Source: Candidatus Micrarchaeota archaeon | Lineage (GTDB): Archaea; Micrarchaeota; Micrarchaeia; Micrarchaeales; CABMGC01 | NCBI GenBank assembly: GCA_021850625.1 | Contig: JAJZLJ010000023.1 | Coordinates: forward strand, 10,219 to 74,218 | Reading direction: 5' to 3' | Length of the DNA stretch: 64,000 nt | In this document: positions 9,265 through 18,497 of the stretch, one piece after another | Position numbering within the stretch: the first letter of the stretch is position 1 | How the letters are laid out: each line of letters begins with the position of its first letter | Position numbers and translations under genes: made by a program | The notes under the pieces: model-generated | What the model saw: only the letters and a program-made list of their open reading frames with translations | What the model was told of the DNA's origin: nothing | The model's database searches: none

Positions 9265-10293
9265 TTAATGGGAAGATGTCACAAAGTATTCTAGGGCATT
9301 CCATGCTGGTTTAGGTATTAATGTGCTAGAATTCAACAATCCAAAATCAGCACCTGCTCCAGTACCTCCAAGCAACGTATACCAATATATCTTTTTGACA
9401 AAAGAATAAGATGAAAAGAATAGCATTTCTTGATTTAAGAACAATGACTGTTTTTGTTCAGAAAGATTAAGTCCTTGGACCCAATTATTTGAAGGTATTC
9501 CTGTTTCTGTTATCCATACTGGTTTGTTGGTAAGATTTTCATAAAGCATTAATGTAAAGTTGAAGGCTTGTTTTACTGTAATATTTTGATATGCATATTG
9601 CGACAAATTATAGTAAGGTAACGAATACGCATGTATTGAAATTGCATCACAGTACTTATTGGCTCCATAATCCCACACTTGTTTATAAAAAGAATATTCT
9701 ATCTGTACGTCGTTTAAGGGGAAAAGTTCTGCACCGCCAAAACACACTATAGTCGAATTTGGTTCTTCTTTTTTAATTATAGTATAAGCTGATTTTATCA
9801 TATTAAAATAATCAAATGCACTTCCATTTTCATAACCACTCATGAACTCTCCTACGAGCGGTTCATTATATATCTCCCACGAATTAACTTCAGGATAATC
9901 TTTAAGTGCGTTGTAGACACTCGCGTTCCATGTATTAAGCGTCCAATTGCATCCGGATGTACAGCCATTAGCTGAAGGCTGTGCTCCAACTGTCTGATAA
10001 TCGAGTATTCCGAGGTATGTTCCACCATTCTTTGTTATATTTTCTACAAAATTTTCTGTTTTGTTATTTAGTGCTATATCTGTCCTAAAACAAGTAAGTC
10101 CGGATTTTAAAGCAAAATCCATTGCTGTTTTGTTGAGATCCGCATTAACACAAAAACTTTGCGAAAAGTTTTTTGGTATATTCTCAACCAGATGTTGTTG
10201 TACTACAATATTATTTTGATTAAGATAAAAATATACTACAATCAAAAGAATAAATATTGTAAGTGACGTTAATCCTATTAACAATTTTTGCAT
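9265..10293 (-). CDS. Membrane-anchored clan GH-A glycoside hydrolase (GH5/GH39-like TIM barrel)
   Basis: N-terminal TM anchor. SWEIYNEP (acid/base NEP) and VWITETG (nucleophile) motifs. Many N-x-S/T sequons. Confidence 0.6.
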   Translation of the reverse strand: MQKLLIGLTSLTIFILLIVVYFYLNQNNIVVQQHLVENIPKNFSQSFCVNADLNKTAMDFALKSGLTCFRTDIALNNKTENFVENITKNGGTYLGILDYQTVGAQPSANGCTSGCNWTLNTWNASVYNALKDYPEVNSWEIYNEPLVGEFMSGYENGSAFDYFNMIKSAYTIIKKEEPNSTIVCFGGAELFPLNDVQIEYSFYKQVWDYGANKYCDAISIHAYSLPYYNLSQYAYQNITVKQAFNFTLMLYENLTNKPVWITETGIPSNNWVQGLNLSEQKQSLFLNQEMLFFSSYSFVKKIYWYTLLGGTGAGADFGLLNSSTLIPKPAWNALEYFVTSSH

Positions 10294-10605
10294 AACAACC
10301 TACTGCTATTGAATTATGTGATATCTCATATGGTTAAAGCATATTGGCTTCAACAAACCTGGAAGTTTATGGATGTCTTTGTTGAAGGTACTTTTATCGG
10401 TGGTTTCAAGACGACCATAGTTATTACACAACTTGCATTTATATACATTATGGTGGGCTTATATTTCACCTTTGAATGTAATGGCTTTTTCGCCAACGTT
10501 GATAAATCATTTCATCAACAACTATTTCTTAAAAATCAACTTTCATAATTTTGAAAAATTAGATATATTTAAATACTTTGCCTTTCAATTAGGTTTGGTG
10601 AAAAA

Positions 10606-11229
10606 ATGATATTCGTTGACGAAACGAAAAAAGCGATAGATATAATCCTGCTTAAGGATAAAAATCCAAAAGCAATGAGTGTAGGAGAAGCGTTGGTATT
10701 TTATTATAAAGCATCACTGATACCTTTAATACTTGCTGCTATAGTTGGTACTATATTCGGCACTGTGTTAGGCGGAAAACTTGTAACGTTTGCAAGCTTA
10801 TTTTCTCATAGTGCTATCTTAAGTGGATTACTTGGATTGTTAACTACAGGATTAGCAGTACTAGTTATAATATCTGTAATAATTCTATTTTGGATAATAA
10901 TACCTATCGGATTTCTTATTGATGCCATAATATATCATATTTTTGGTAAATTATTGCGACAGTTCAAGCAAGGCTATAATGCAACCTTAAGCGCAACGGT
11001 ATATGCAAGCATGGTCTCTGTAGTGTTATTCTTCCTTTTCGGTATACCTATCTTGGGAGCTTTAATAGGAATAATAGCCAGTGTATGGGGCATGGTTAGT
11101 ACTATTGTATGGCTTGCAAGATTCCAGAAAATAAGTTGGGTAATGTCCTTAGTAGTTATACTTGTTACTTGGATAGTACTCTTCATACTAATATTCTTGA
11201 TTTTTGGAATACTTCTTGGAATAGTATAA
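10606..11229 (+). CDS. Polytopic membrane protein, Yip1-domain-like
   Basis: Five or so hydrophobic helices with a layout resembling the Yip1/DUF1282 family. GGTG-like SD (ggtttggtg) before the ATG. Confidence 0.45.
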   Translation: MIFVDETKKAIDIILLKDKNPKAMSVGEALVFYYKASLIPLILAAIVGTIFGTVLGGKLVTFASLFSHSAILSGLLGLLTTGLAVLVIISVIILFWIIIPIGFLIDAIIYHIFGKLLRQFKQGYNATLSATVYASMVSVVLFFLFGIPILGALIGIIASVWGMVSTIVWLARFQKISWVMSLVVILVTWIVLFILIFLIFGILLGIV

Positions 11230-11333
11230 TTAAATTTATTTTTTCTTTTATTTATTTTTTCTATATTTTAATATATGCTATTAGTCGATTCAAACATAAG
11301 CAATATTATTTTTTAAAGTGCTGTTGACAAAGA

Positions 11334-11341
11334 TTTTTATA
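11334..11341 (+). promoter_or_regulatory. TATA-box-like element (TTTTTATA) for the 11364 gene, leaderless spacing
   Basis: The element is centred about 26 nt upstream of the ATG at 11364 and is preceded by a purine-rich BRE-like caaaga. Confidence 0.4.
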
Positions 11342-11363
11342 CTTACACTTAATAGAGATAAAC

Positions 11364-12380
11364 ATGCAAACTATTGTAAAAGCGTTATTTATTTTGATAC
11401 TTATTATTGTGATATCTAGTATATTTCTATACTTCTACTATTTTAACACCGCTTCTCAAACAACCAGCGCCACACAAGAACAAGCAACCTCTATTATTTA
11501 CAATAGCTTACAGAATACATATCCTTCGGCACAAATAAACATAACCAACGTTACTCCATCTTATTATCAAGGAAATTGGGACATACTTGCAAAAGTTATT
11601 ATTAACTCAACCTCTCCATGTCCCTCATATTTCCTCTATTCGTTTGTTTATCCTAAAAATGGTACAACTTATACTACTGTAAATACTTATACTAACAATT
11701 GCATTATATACGGAAATACAAATAATACTACATCTATAACTTCTGCACCTGCTGCAATAACACAGTCTTATGATCTAAAAATTCCATCAATAATGACCTT
11801 CGTACAGAAATATGGTTATTCATCTGTAGCTGTACACGCTGCCTTTTATAATAAAATAAACTATCAAAATAATACGTATACTGATATTTGGTTTGTCTAT
11901 TATTTTGCTCCTGATAATTCTTCTATTAGTGTGTTGATATCCTCTCTAAATGGAACTGCATACGCTATAAACAGTGCCTCAATACTTGCAAGTGTTTCTT
12001 TAACCCCAGGAATATATAATCTAACCTTTACTCTAGATAATAATCAAACACATATTCTAAAAAGAGATAATATAACCTTTACTGGTCAACAAATAATTGG
12101 TGTTAATAGTAATAATTGTTCTATAATTACGCAGTTGTCTTCGACTAATAATACCAACGAAAGTAATGTCCTAAACAATAATACTACCTATACGATCTGT
12201 AAAATATCCTTTTCCGGATTGGCAGCGTTCACTAATTATAATCTAAGTATAAACGGCACAACACGCGCATATTGCCCTAAAACTTCAATCTGTCCAGATA
12301 TTGATATGTTAATTCATACTTACAAAGTAATAAAAACAAAAAATTATGGAACTACTTCAATAGTTCTATTTAATATATAA
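11364..12380 (+). CDS. Signal-anchored, N/T/S-rich extracellular protein (putative N-glycoprotein), unknown function
   Basis: N-terminal hydrophobic anchor ALFILILIIVISSIFLYFYY. More than a dozen N-x-S/T sequons. Immediately upstream of the pilin-like giant gene. Confidence 0.5.
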   Translation: MQTIVKALFILILIIVISSIFLYFYYFNTASQTTSATQEQATSIIYNSLQNTYPSAQINITNVTPSYYQGNWDILAKVIINSTSPCPSYFLYSFVYPKNGTTYTTVNTYTNNCIIYGNTNNTTSITSAPAAITQSYDLKIPSIMTFVQKYGYSSVAVHAAFYNKINYQNNTYTDIWFVYYFAPDNSSISVLISSLNGTAYAINSASILASVSLTPGIYNLTFTLDNNQTHILKRDNITFTGQQIIGVNSNNCSIITQLSSTNNTNESNVLNNNTTYTICKISFSGLAAFTNYNLSINGTTRAYCPKTSICPDIDMLIHTYKVIKTKNYGTTSIVLFNI

Positions 12381-12397
12381 TTTAAACATGTGAACAA

Positions 12398-14794
12398 ATG
12401 TCTATTAAAAATAAATCCTCTAAAAAACTACATGCTCAAAACGCGATAGAGATGCTTACTACCTACGGCTGGGCTATAATAATAGTAGCAATAGCATTAG
12501 TTATTCTGTATGCGCTGGGGGTATTTAATCCACAAACTTCTACAGGAACTATCTGCGCAATAAATCAGGGTATTCAGTGTTCTAATGTGCTTCTTTCAAC
12601 AGATGGTTTTCTTACATTTACATTATTTCAGAATCAATACAGTTCTATAAATATATCTGCAATAGGGTGTTCTGAAAATTTCTCAAACGAACATTTACAA
12701 AATCTTCCTCCACAAAATCAGATAACTATTCCTGGTGGAAGAGGCCATATTTTTACTGTACAATGTTATAATAAATCCGGAAGTTTTTCTGGCGGTTTAG
12801 GTTCTCAATTAAATGCAACAATATATATAAAATATATAAATAATAATGGCAATTTTCCATATTCTGTTTCTGGTAAACTATTAACTAAAGTATCATACGT
12901 TATTACCTCAACAACATCCTCATCCTCTTCTTCATCATCAACCACGTTCTTATCCTCTTCAAGTTCCTCATCTTCATCCTCATCTACAACATATGTTTCA
13001 TCTTCAAGTTCATCCTCCTCTTCTTCTTCATCATCAACCACGTTCTTATCTTCTTCAAGTTCCTCATCTTCATCCTCATCTACAACATATGTTTCATCTT
13101 CAAGTTCATCCTCATCCTCTTCTTCATCATCAACCACTTTCTTATCCTCTTCAAGTTCCTCATCTTCATCCTCATCTACAACATATGTTTCATCTTCAAG
13201 TTCATCCTCATCCTCTTCTTCATCATCAACCACGTTCTTATCCTCTTCAAGTTCCTCATCTTCATCCTCATCTACAACATATGTTTCATCTTCAAGTTCA
13301 TCCTCATCCTCTTCTTCATCATCAACCACGTTCTTATCCTCCTCAAGTTCCTCATCTACAACATCCTCTTTAACAACAACTACGCCACCACAATCATCTG
13401 CGTTTTCTTCGTATTACAGTTATTCAGATGTACTTCTAGTATGCAATCCTGCAAGCACCGAAAGCATGCAGGTATGTAATTATTTTACAACCGCTAGAGA
13501 AGCACAAGGCTTTAATCCATCATATGTTGTAGATTTAAGCGGCATACCTACCTCGGAAACAGTAAATGACATAGTTACAAACGAAATATTATCACAGGTC
13601 AAAGCAAAGATAACCTCTATAGGACTCGGAAAAATAGATTATATTGTAACTACATACGGCGTTCCATTAATAGATTATCCAGAACCGTCCTGTTCTGGAG
13701 AAGGCGGCGTATCTATAGATGCGTTGTTAGCAAATAATCTTACAGATTTTAATATTTGCAGTGTAATTCCTGGTTATAGTGTATATGCAACCTCTCCTTA
13801 TGGCTTGCCTAGTAATCCATATGCTGGAGCCATCTCTAGTTATACTACACAAAGTGCTCTACAAAATTCTGAATTTTCATATAATAAATATCATATATAC
13901 GAAGTCACAAGGCTTGACGGTCCTACATTAAATAGCATTTATAATCTAATCAAAAATGCTGGCAAAGCAGGAAGCGCCTCAGGATATATTTTGTTTAATC
14001 CCTATACAACCGCTAGCAATATTCAGAACGTTCTGCCTTTTTTTGAAATATCCTATGCAGAACAGTATCTAGAATCGATAAATGTAAAGTATCAAGAAGT
14101 AGATACTAGTTTTGTAACTGGTGTAGGTGGCCTTAGTGGCTATCTTTCTACAGGCTCTAATTGTGGATGTACGGCAGGGCAGAACTCCAGTACATGGAAC
14201 CTCGGTTTTGTACCGGGCGCAGTTGGCGAAACACTTGTTTCTACAAGTGCTAGAACACTTATCCAATATCCATGGACTGGAGGCCAATCACTTATTTCAG
14301 ACCTCGTCATGGACAACATAACTGGGGTTATAGGTGCGGTGAGCGAGCCTTGGTCTAGCGCATTTGATCCTGCTACCTCTTTATTTGATAGCTACTTTAG
14401 CGGTTTTAATCTGGCAGACAGTTTTTATGATGGACAAAGTAACCTCGCGTGGAAAATTACTATAATAGGAGATCCTAAAGCCCATATAACTTCATTAACC
14501 TCTGTTGAATTTACAACCTCCATCTCTCCAACCTCTGTGGTTTTAAATCCTGGACAATCTACAACGTTTACCTCAACAGTTTCGGATATACGTTTTAGCG
14601 AATATGGGTATACTTATCAATGGTATTCGGGGAACTCACCAACCTGTGCCGATGATACTGCAATATCTGGAGCAACATCCTCTACCTATACATATACTGC
14701 TATTTCTCCATATAAAAAATACATCTGTTTAGGCGTTACTGACGGATCTCTTCAAGTAACATTCTCTCCTACAACAAGCATAACTGTTCAGTAA
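12398..14794 (+). CDS. Large surface protein with class III (type IV pilin-like, DUF361-type) signal peptide, poly-Ser tandem repeats, an unknown globular domain and a C-terminal Ig-like domain
   Basis: The N-terminus KKLHAQNAIEMLTTYGWAIIIVAIALVIL matches the archaeal prepilin pattern (basic - A/G-Q - xSxEyL - hydrophobic). aa about 170-325 are S(9-13)TT[FY][LV] repeats. The C-terminus YTYQWYSGNSPTCADDTAISGATSSTYTYT is Ig-like. Confidence 0.65.
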   Translation: MSIKNKSSKKLHAQNAIEMLTTYGWAIIIVAIALVILYALGVFNPQTSTGTICAINQGIQCSNVLLSTDGFLTFTLFQNQYSSINISAIGCSENFSNEHLQNLPPQNQITIPGGRGHIFTVQCYNKSGSFSGGLGSQLNATIYIKYINNNGNFPYSVSGKLLTKVSYVITSTTSSSSSSSSTTFLSSSSSSSSSSSTTYVSSSSSSSSSSSSSTTFLSSSSSSSSSSSTTYVSSSSSSSSSSSSSTTFLSSSSSSSSSSSTTYVSSSSSSSSSSSSSTTFLSSSSSSSSSSSTTYVSSSSSSSSSSSSSTTFLSSSSSSSTTSSLTTTTPPQSSAFSSYYSYSDVLLVCNPASTESMQVCNYFTTAREAQGFNPSYVVDLSGIPTSETVNDIVTNEILSQVKAKITSIGLGKIDYIVTTYGVPLIDYPEPSCSGEGGVSIDALLANNLTDFNICSVIPGYSVYATSPYGLPSNPYAGAISSYTTQSALQNSEFSYNKYHIYEVTRLDGPTLNSIYNLIKNAGKAGSASGYILFNPYTTASNIQNVLPFFEISYAEQYLESINVKYQEVDTSFVTGVGGLSGYLSTGSNCGCTAGQNSSTWNLGFVPGAVGETLVSTSARTLIQYPWTGGQSLISDLVMDNITGVIGAVSEPWSSAFDPATSLFDSYFSGFNLADSFYDGQSNLAWKITIIGDPKAHITSLTSVEFTTSISPTSVVLNPGQSTTFTSTVSDIRFSEYGYTYQWYSGNSPTCADDTAISGATSSTYTYTAISPYKKYICLGVTDGSLQVTFSPTTSITVQ
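12905..13365 (+). repeat. Tandem repeat, 96-bp unit, about 4 full + 2 partial copies, in-frame (32 aa poly-Ser/TTF/TTY unit)
   Basis: The marker accac[gt]tt recurs at 12941, 13037, 13133, 13229 and 13325, an exact 96-bp period. Full copies differ at only 1-4 positions. Confidence 0.9.
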
Positions 14795-14909
14795 GTTTTA
14801 CTATGACTCATTATGTTAATTTTCTTACTGCCAAATACCAACATTAATATATCTTAATATTCAATACATAAGCAGTACAACAAGAACTAATTCTTGTTTA
14901 GGTGTTAAT

Positions 14910-16283
14910 TTGTCAGGATTTGAGGAACTATCCTTAAATGCTGCTTTTGTTGAGATTTTAAAGAGAAATGGTATAATCTCTCCAACAGAGGTTCAGCAGA
15001 AAGCAATACCTCTTTTGCTTTCAGGTAAGGATGTAATTGTAAGGTCGAAAACAGGTAGTGGTAAGACATTAGCTTTTCTAATGCCTACATTAAGCAGAGC
15101 ATACTCTGGTCAAAAAGGAACTACTTTAGTTCTTGCTCCAACAAGGGAGCTAGCGCTTCAGATATCCACAGTGGCAGAAAAACTGAAACCTAAGGGTTTT
15201 GGGATAGCCACTGTATATGGCGGTGCATCAATGAACGTACAGATGGATGCACTTTCAAGAAATCCACGTCTTATAATAGGCACTCCTGGAAGAATAATAG
15301 ATCTTATGAAAAGAAATGCCCTTTATTTATATGAAATAAGTACTGTAGTAATAGACGAAGCAGATACAATGTTAGATATGGGATTCATAGATGATGTTGA
15401 ATACATATTGTCTGAGACTCCAAAGAACAGACAGGCGCTTCTTTTTTCAGCAACAATGCCTGATAAAATAATAAAGATCTCACATAATTATATGCATGAA
15501 CCTATGTTACTTAAGATAGGCGAAGAAGAAGGTTTAACTGTTAAGAAGATTAAACATTTATATTTCATAGCAGATGGCTCAAGGAAGCTTGAGGCTCTTT
15601 TAGCGTATATAAATGAACACAATCCAAAGAAGGCCGTGGTTTTTCTAAAAACAAAACGAGAAGCAAATCTAATATATAGTTTTTTGAGAAAAAATAATTT
15701 AGATGCGATGCTTCTTCACGGCGGTCTTACGCAATCAAAACGAGAACATTCTCTTAATAATTTCAGAAAAGGTGTCCGTTTTCTAATAGCAACCAATGTT
15801 GCTGCACGAGGCATAGATGTAAACGATATAACTGATATCATAAACTTTGATGTGCCTGATGATCCTTTTGTGTATGTACACAGGGTCGGAAGATCAGCAA
15901 GAATGGGAAAGGAAGGAAAGGCGTTTACTATAGTAAATAGGCAGGAAAAGAATATAATTGAGGATATAAAATATGTTGCAAAGATAAATATAGATCTTAT
16001 TAATCTAGATACTTATGCCTATAAGGACATAGTTATGAATTTCTTAAAAGATGAACGCCTAAATCGAGGCCATTTCGACGAGGAAGGTAATGGGCATAGA
16101 CGTTTTGGAGGCGGAAATTATAGAAATAACAGAGGAGGCTTTAGGCACAATGATCGATCTTCAGGAAGCGAAAATACTCGTGGAGACCAAAGACATTACT
16201 CACGTGGAAACAACTTTAGAAGAAAGAGAAACAACGACGATAGAGACAATAACGGCGGAAGAAGATTCAGGCCTTTTAATTAA
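14910..16283 (+). CDS. DEAD-box ATP-dependent RNA helicase with R/G/N-rich C-terminal tail
   Basis: TTG start after aggtg. Motifs SKTGSGKTLAF, PTRELA, VIDEADTMLDMGF, SAT, ARGID, HRVGRSARMG. Tail RRFGGGNYRNNRGGFRHN. Confidence 0.85.
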   Translation: MSGFEELSLNAAFVEILKRNGIISPTEVQQKAIPLLLSGKDVIVRSKTGSGKTLAFLMPTLSRAYSGQKGTTLVLAPTRELALQISTVAEKLKPKGFGIATVYGGASMNVQMDALSRNPRLIIGTPGRIIDLMKRNALYLYEISTVVIDEADTMLDMGFIDDVEYILSETPKNRQALLFSATMPDKIIKISHNYMHEPMLLKIGEEEGLTVKKIKHLYFIADGSRKLEALLAYINEHNPKKAVVFLKTKREANLIYSFLRKNNLDAMLLHGGLTQSKREHSLNNFRKGVRFLIATNVAARGIDVNDITDIINFDVPDDPFVYVHRVGRSARMGKEGKAFTIVNRQEKNIIEDIKYVAKINIDLINLDTYAYKDIVMNFLKDERLNRGHFDEEGNGHRRFGGGNYRNNRGGFRHNDRSSGSENTRGDQRHYSRGNNFRRKRNNDDRDNNGGRRFRPFN

Positions 16284-16384
16284 TTGTAATCTTGGTTAAT
16301 TAAGTGAAAATACGCCCAGTAATGTTAGTTCTATTTATCTAGCGTTATTTCTTAATAACCTTTTTTAATATTTATGATATACTA

Positions 16385-17581
16385 CTAATTTTCTTTAAAA
16401 AGATTCTTTTCTATCATTTCCTTTATTTTTTCAGGCTGATACGATAACTTTATAAGTTTAGTATGTCCTCTAATTCCTTTGCCTGATTCATGACTTATTA
16501 TTATTCCCTGCATCTCTAAATCTGCAATATATCTTCTGTATAATCTTGTTGTTTTTACATCTTTATGTAATGATTCAACAATCGAGTTATATCTGCTATA
16601 AATCTCTCCACTTAAAAGAAAAGAGTCATTATTTTCATCCAGTTTTTTGTATCTGCCTCCGGTTATAGACATTAACGCTATGGCATAAACTATAAGTTTT
16701 TGATGCTCAGGGAGCATTCCTATAACTTCATACGCTATCTCCTCTTCGGCAAACTTTGCAGCTTCAGTAATCTCATTAACTCCTACAGAGCTCTGATTTT
16801 TATTATCTGCTATCTCCCCTGCCTTTGTAATTATTTTTAGGGCAAGTCGTGCATCACCGCTATCCTTCGCAGCTATAGCAGCGGCAAGATTTACACACGC
16901 CGGATCCACCACGTTAGGCTTAAAGCCGCTCGCAACCCTATCCTTAATTATGGCCGCAAGCTCTTCAGAGTTATATGGCGGGAAGACAAACTCGTTTTCA
17001 TAAAGTGTAGAAAGGCTTCTAGGATCTAGAACCTCCTTAAATGAGATTTTATTAGAGACGCCTATTATTGTAACTCCACCTGATTTAATATCGCTATTAG
17101 ATCTTGTAAGCGTATATATAAGATCATCCAAATCCCTTACTATATCTAGTTCATCAAGCACAACAACAAGTATCTTTCCGTCTTCTTCTATCCAGTTTAT
17201 TATCTTTTCATAAATATCTGTTATTCCATAGCCACGTTTTGCATACTGCGGTATATGATCGCTTGCTATTTTACTAAGAACTCTATACCTTGAGTTATAA
17301 ATCCTACAATTTACGTATGTAATCTTTGCCTTAATTATTGGAAGTTCTCTTACCTTATCTACCACGTGCTTTATACAAGAAGTCTTTCCGGTGCCTGTTT
17401 TTCCATAGATAAAAACATTTCTGCCTCTTTCTCCTCTAAGCGAAGGAGTAAGAGACTTTTCTATTTCATTTATCTGTCTTTCCCTAAAGAGCAGATGTTT
17501 AGGAACATAATGTGGAGATAGAACCTCACGGTTTGCAAAAACGGCCGATTCTTTAAAAAGATCTGCAAAGGGCTCCACCAT
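16385..17581 (-). CDS. cdc6: Orc1/Cdc6 replication initiator
   Basis: AAA+ Walker A IYGKTGTGKTS, Walker B VVVLDELD, and a C-terminal winged-helix-like region. The N-terminus has the typical SPHYVPKHLLFRERQI. Confidence 0.9.
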   Translation of the reverse strand: MVEPFADLFKESAVFANREVLSPHYVPKHLLFRERQINEIEKSLTPSLRGERGRNVFIYGKTGTGKTSCIKHVVDKVRELPIIKAKITYVNCRIYNSRYRVLSKIASDHIPQYAKRGYGITDIYEKIINWIEEDGKILVVVLDELDIVRDLDDLIYTLTRSNSDIKSGGVTIIGVSNKISFKEVLDPRSLSTLYENEFVFPPYNSEELAAIIKDRVASGFKPNVVDPACVNLAAAIAAKDSGDARLALKIITKAGEIADNKNQSSVGVNEITEAAKFAEEEIAYEVIGMLPEHQKLIVYAIALMSITGGRYKKLDENNDSFLLSGEIYSRYNSIVESLHKDVKTTRLYRRYIADLEMQGIIISHESGKGIRGHTKLIKLSYQPEKIKEMIEKNLFKEN

Positions 17582-17585
17582 AAAC

Positions 17586-18383
17586 TCAACCTATTATCTG
17601 CTTAACTATCTTAATATACTCCTCTTTTATCTCTTCGTTTTTCATCACAGGCACTATTCCTCTATCACTCATCTCTCCAAAATCAGAATTATTTTTTATA
17701 CTTCCAAGAAAAGGAGCTTCTAGAGCATCGGATACCTCGATTCCTCCTCGCGGATCATTATTAGACATATTTTCTATAACTCCTAATATCGATACGCCAA
17801 GTCTTTTTGCCATCATTCCAGAACGTATTGCATTTATTGCAGGTATGTGCTGAGGCGTTGTTACTATTATAAAGCCTTTCAAATCCAAAAGTTGTATTAT
17901 AGATAATGGTGCATCAGAGGTTCCTGGTGGAAGGTCTATTATTAAATAATCAAGCTCTCCCCACTCTGTATTTTCTAAGAACTCACTTACCATCTTGCCT
18001 ATCATGGGTCCTCTCCAAATTATAGGTTTTTTATTATCATCTACAAACATAGCAGTAGAAAGAATCTTTATACCATCCATATCGAATGGTTTAATTGGAT
18101 ATTCTCCTGAAGCTTCGTATTTTATTCCCAAGAACATGCATACATTTGGGCAATCTATATCTGCATCAAGAAGACCTACTTTATATCCCTTATTTTTAAG
18201 TGTAAATGCTATATTCACCGCGGTTGTTGTTTTTCCAACACCTCCCTTTGCGCTGTATATTCCTATTTTATTTTTTATACCTGCTAATCTTTCCTTTAAT
18301 CTTTTTCTCTGTTCTATTACTTTTAATATTGAAGGATGAGCAACAGTAACCTTAGCGTCGCCTATCTGGGCTTCCTGTGTTAT
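17586..18383 (-). CDS. Mrp/MinD-family P-loop ATPase (lacks the Mrp CxxC motif); start codon uncertain, proposed ATA at 18383
   Basis: Motifs LLDADIDCPN, IIDLPPGTSD, GVIENMS. The frame is open up to 18437. The deviant Walker A KIGIYSAKGGVGKTTTA is encoded at about 18220-18270, upstream of the only canonical start (GTG 18218). GGTG-N5-ATA lies at 18392-18381. Confidence 0.7.
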   Translation of the reverse strand: MTQEAQIGDAKVTVAHPSILKVIEQRKRLKERLAGIKNKIGIYSAKGGVGKTTTAVNIAFTLKNKGYKVGLLDADIDCPNVCMFLGIKYEASGEYPIKPFDMDGIKILSTAMFVDDNKKPIIWRGPMIGKMVSEFLENTEWGELDYLIIDLPPGTSDAPLSIIQLLDLKGFIIVTTPQHIPAINAIRSGMMAKRLGVSILGVIENMSNNDPRGGIEVSDALEAPFLGSIKNNSDFGEMSDRGIVPVMKNEEIKEEYIKIVKQIIG

Positions 18384-18497
18384 TATATCACCAGATATAA
18401 TGTCTCCTTTACTAATATATTGTTTTTGTAATGAAAATTAGAATATGCTATAACATGTATCAACACAACAGGCTGAAAATAAATGCTTAATTGTATT

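Noticed and set aside
10288-10548. 86-aa ORF between the glycosidase and the Yip1-like gene
   Set aside because: It begins inside the glycosidase start region on the opposite strand. It has no motif, no SD/TATA context and an odd composition. Not supportable as a gene.
12905-13365. Possible CRISPR array (regular direct repeats); the same question applies to 36499-36770
   Set aside because: The units abut with no unique spacers and are multiples of 3 nt. They lie in-frame inside long ORFs, and no cas genes or leader are nearby. They are coding tandem repeats.
12805-13373. Antisense acidic ORF (12805-13329, D/E-rich) and alternative-frame H/P/L-rich ORF (12993-13373) across the poly-Ser repeats
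   Set aside because: Both are by-products of the TCN-rich 96-bp repeat, which lacks stops in several frames. The sense frame is continuous with a 798-aa protein that has a bona fide signal and C-terminal domains.
16090-16299. 69-aa alternative-frame ORF at the 3' end of the DEAD-box helicase gene
   Set aside because: It lies within the R/G/N-rich tail-coding region of a well-supported gene, with no independent signals.
16284-18497. Replication origin next to orc1/cdc6
   Set aside because: The flanking intergenic regions are only about 100 bp (convergent gene ends) and about 60 bp. I could find no ORB/mini-ORB-type inverted repeats or a long AT-rich unwinding element adjacent to the gene. 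The origin cannot be supported from this window.
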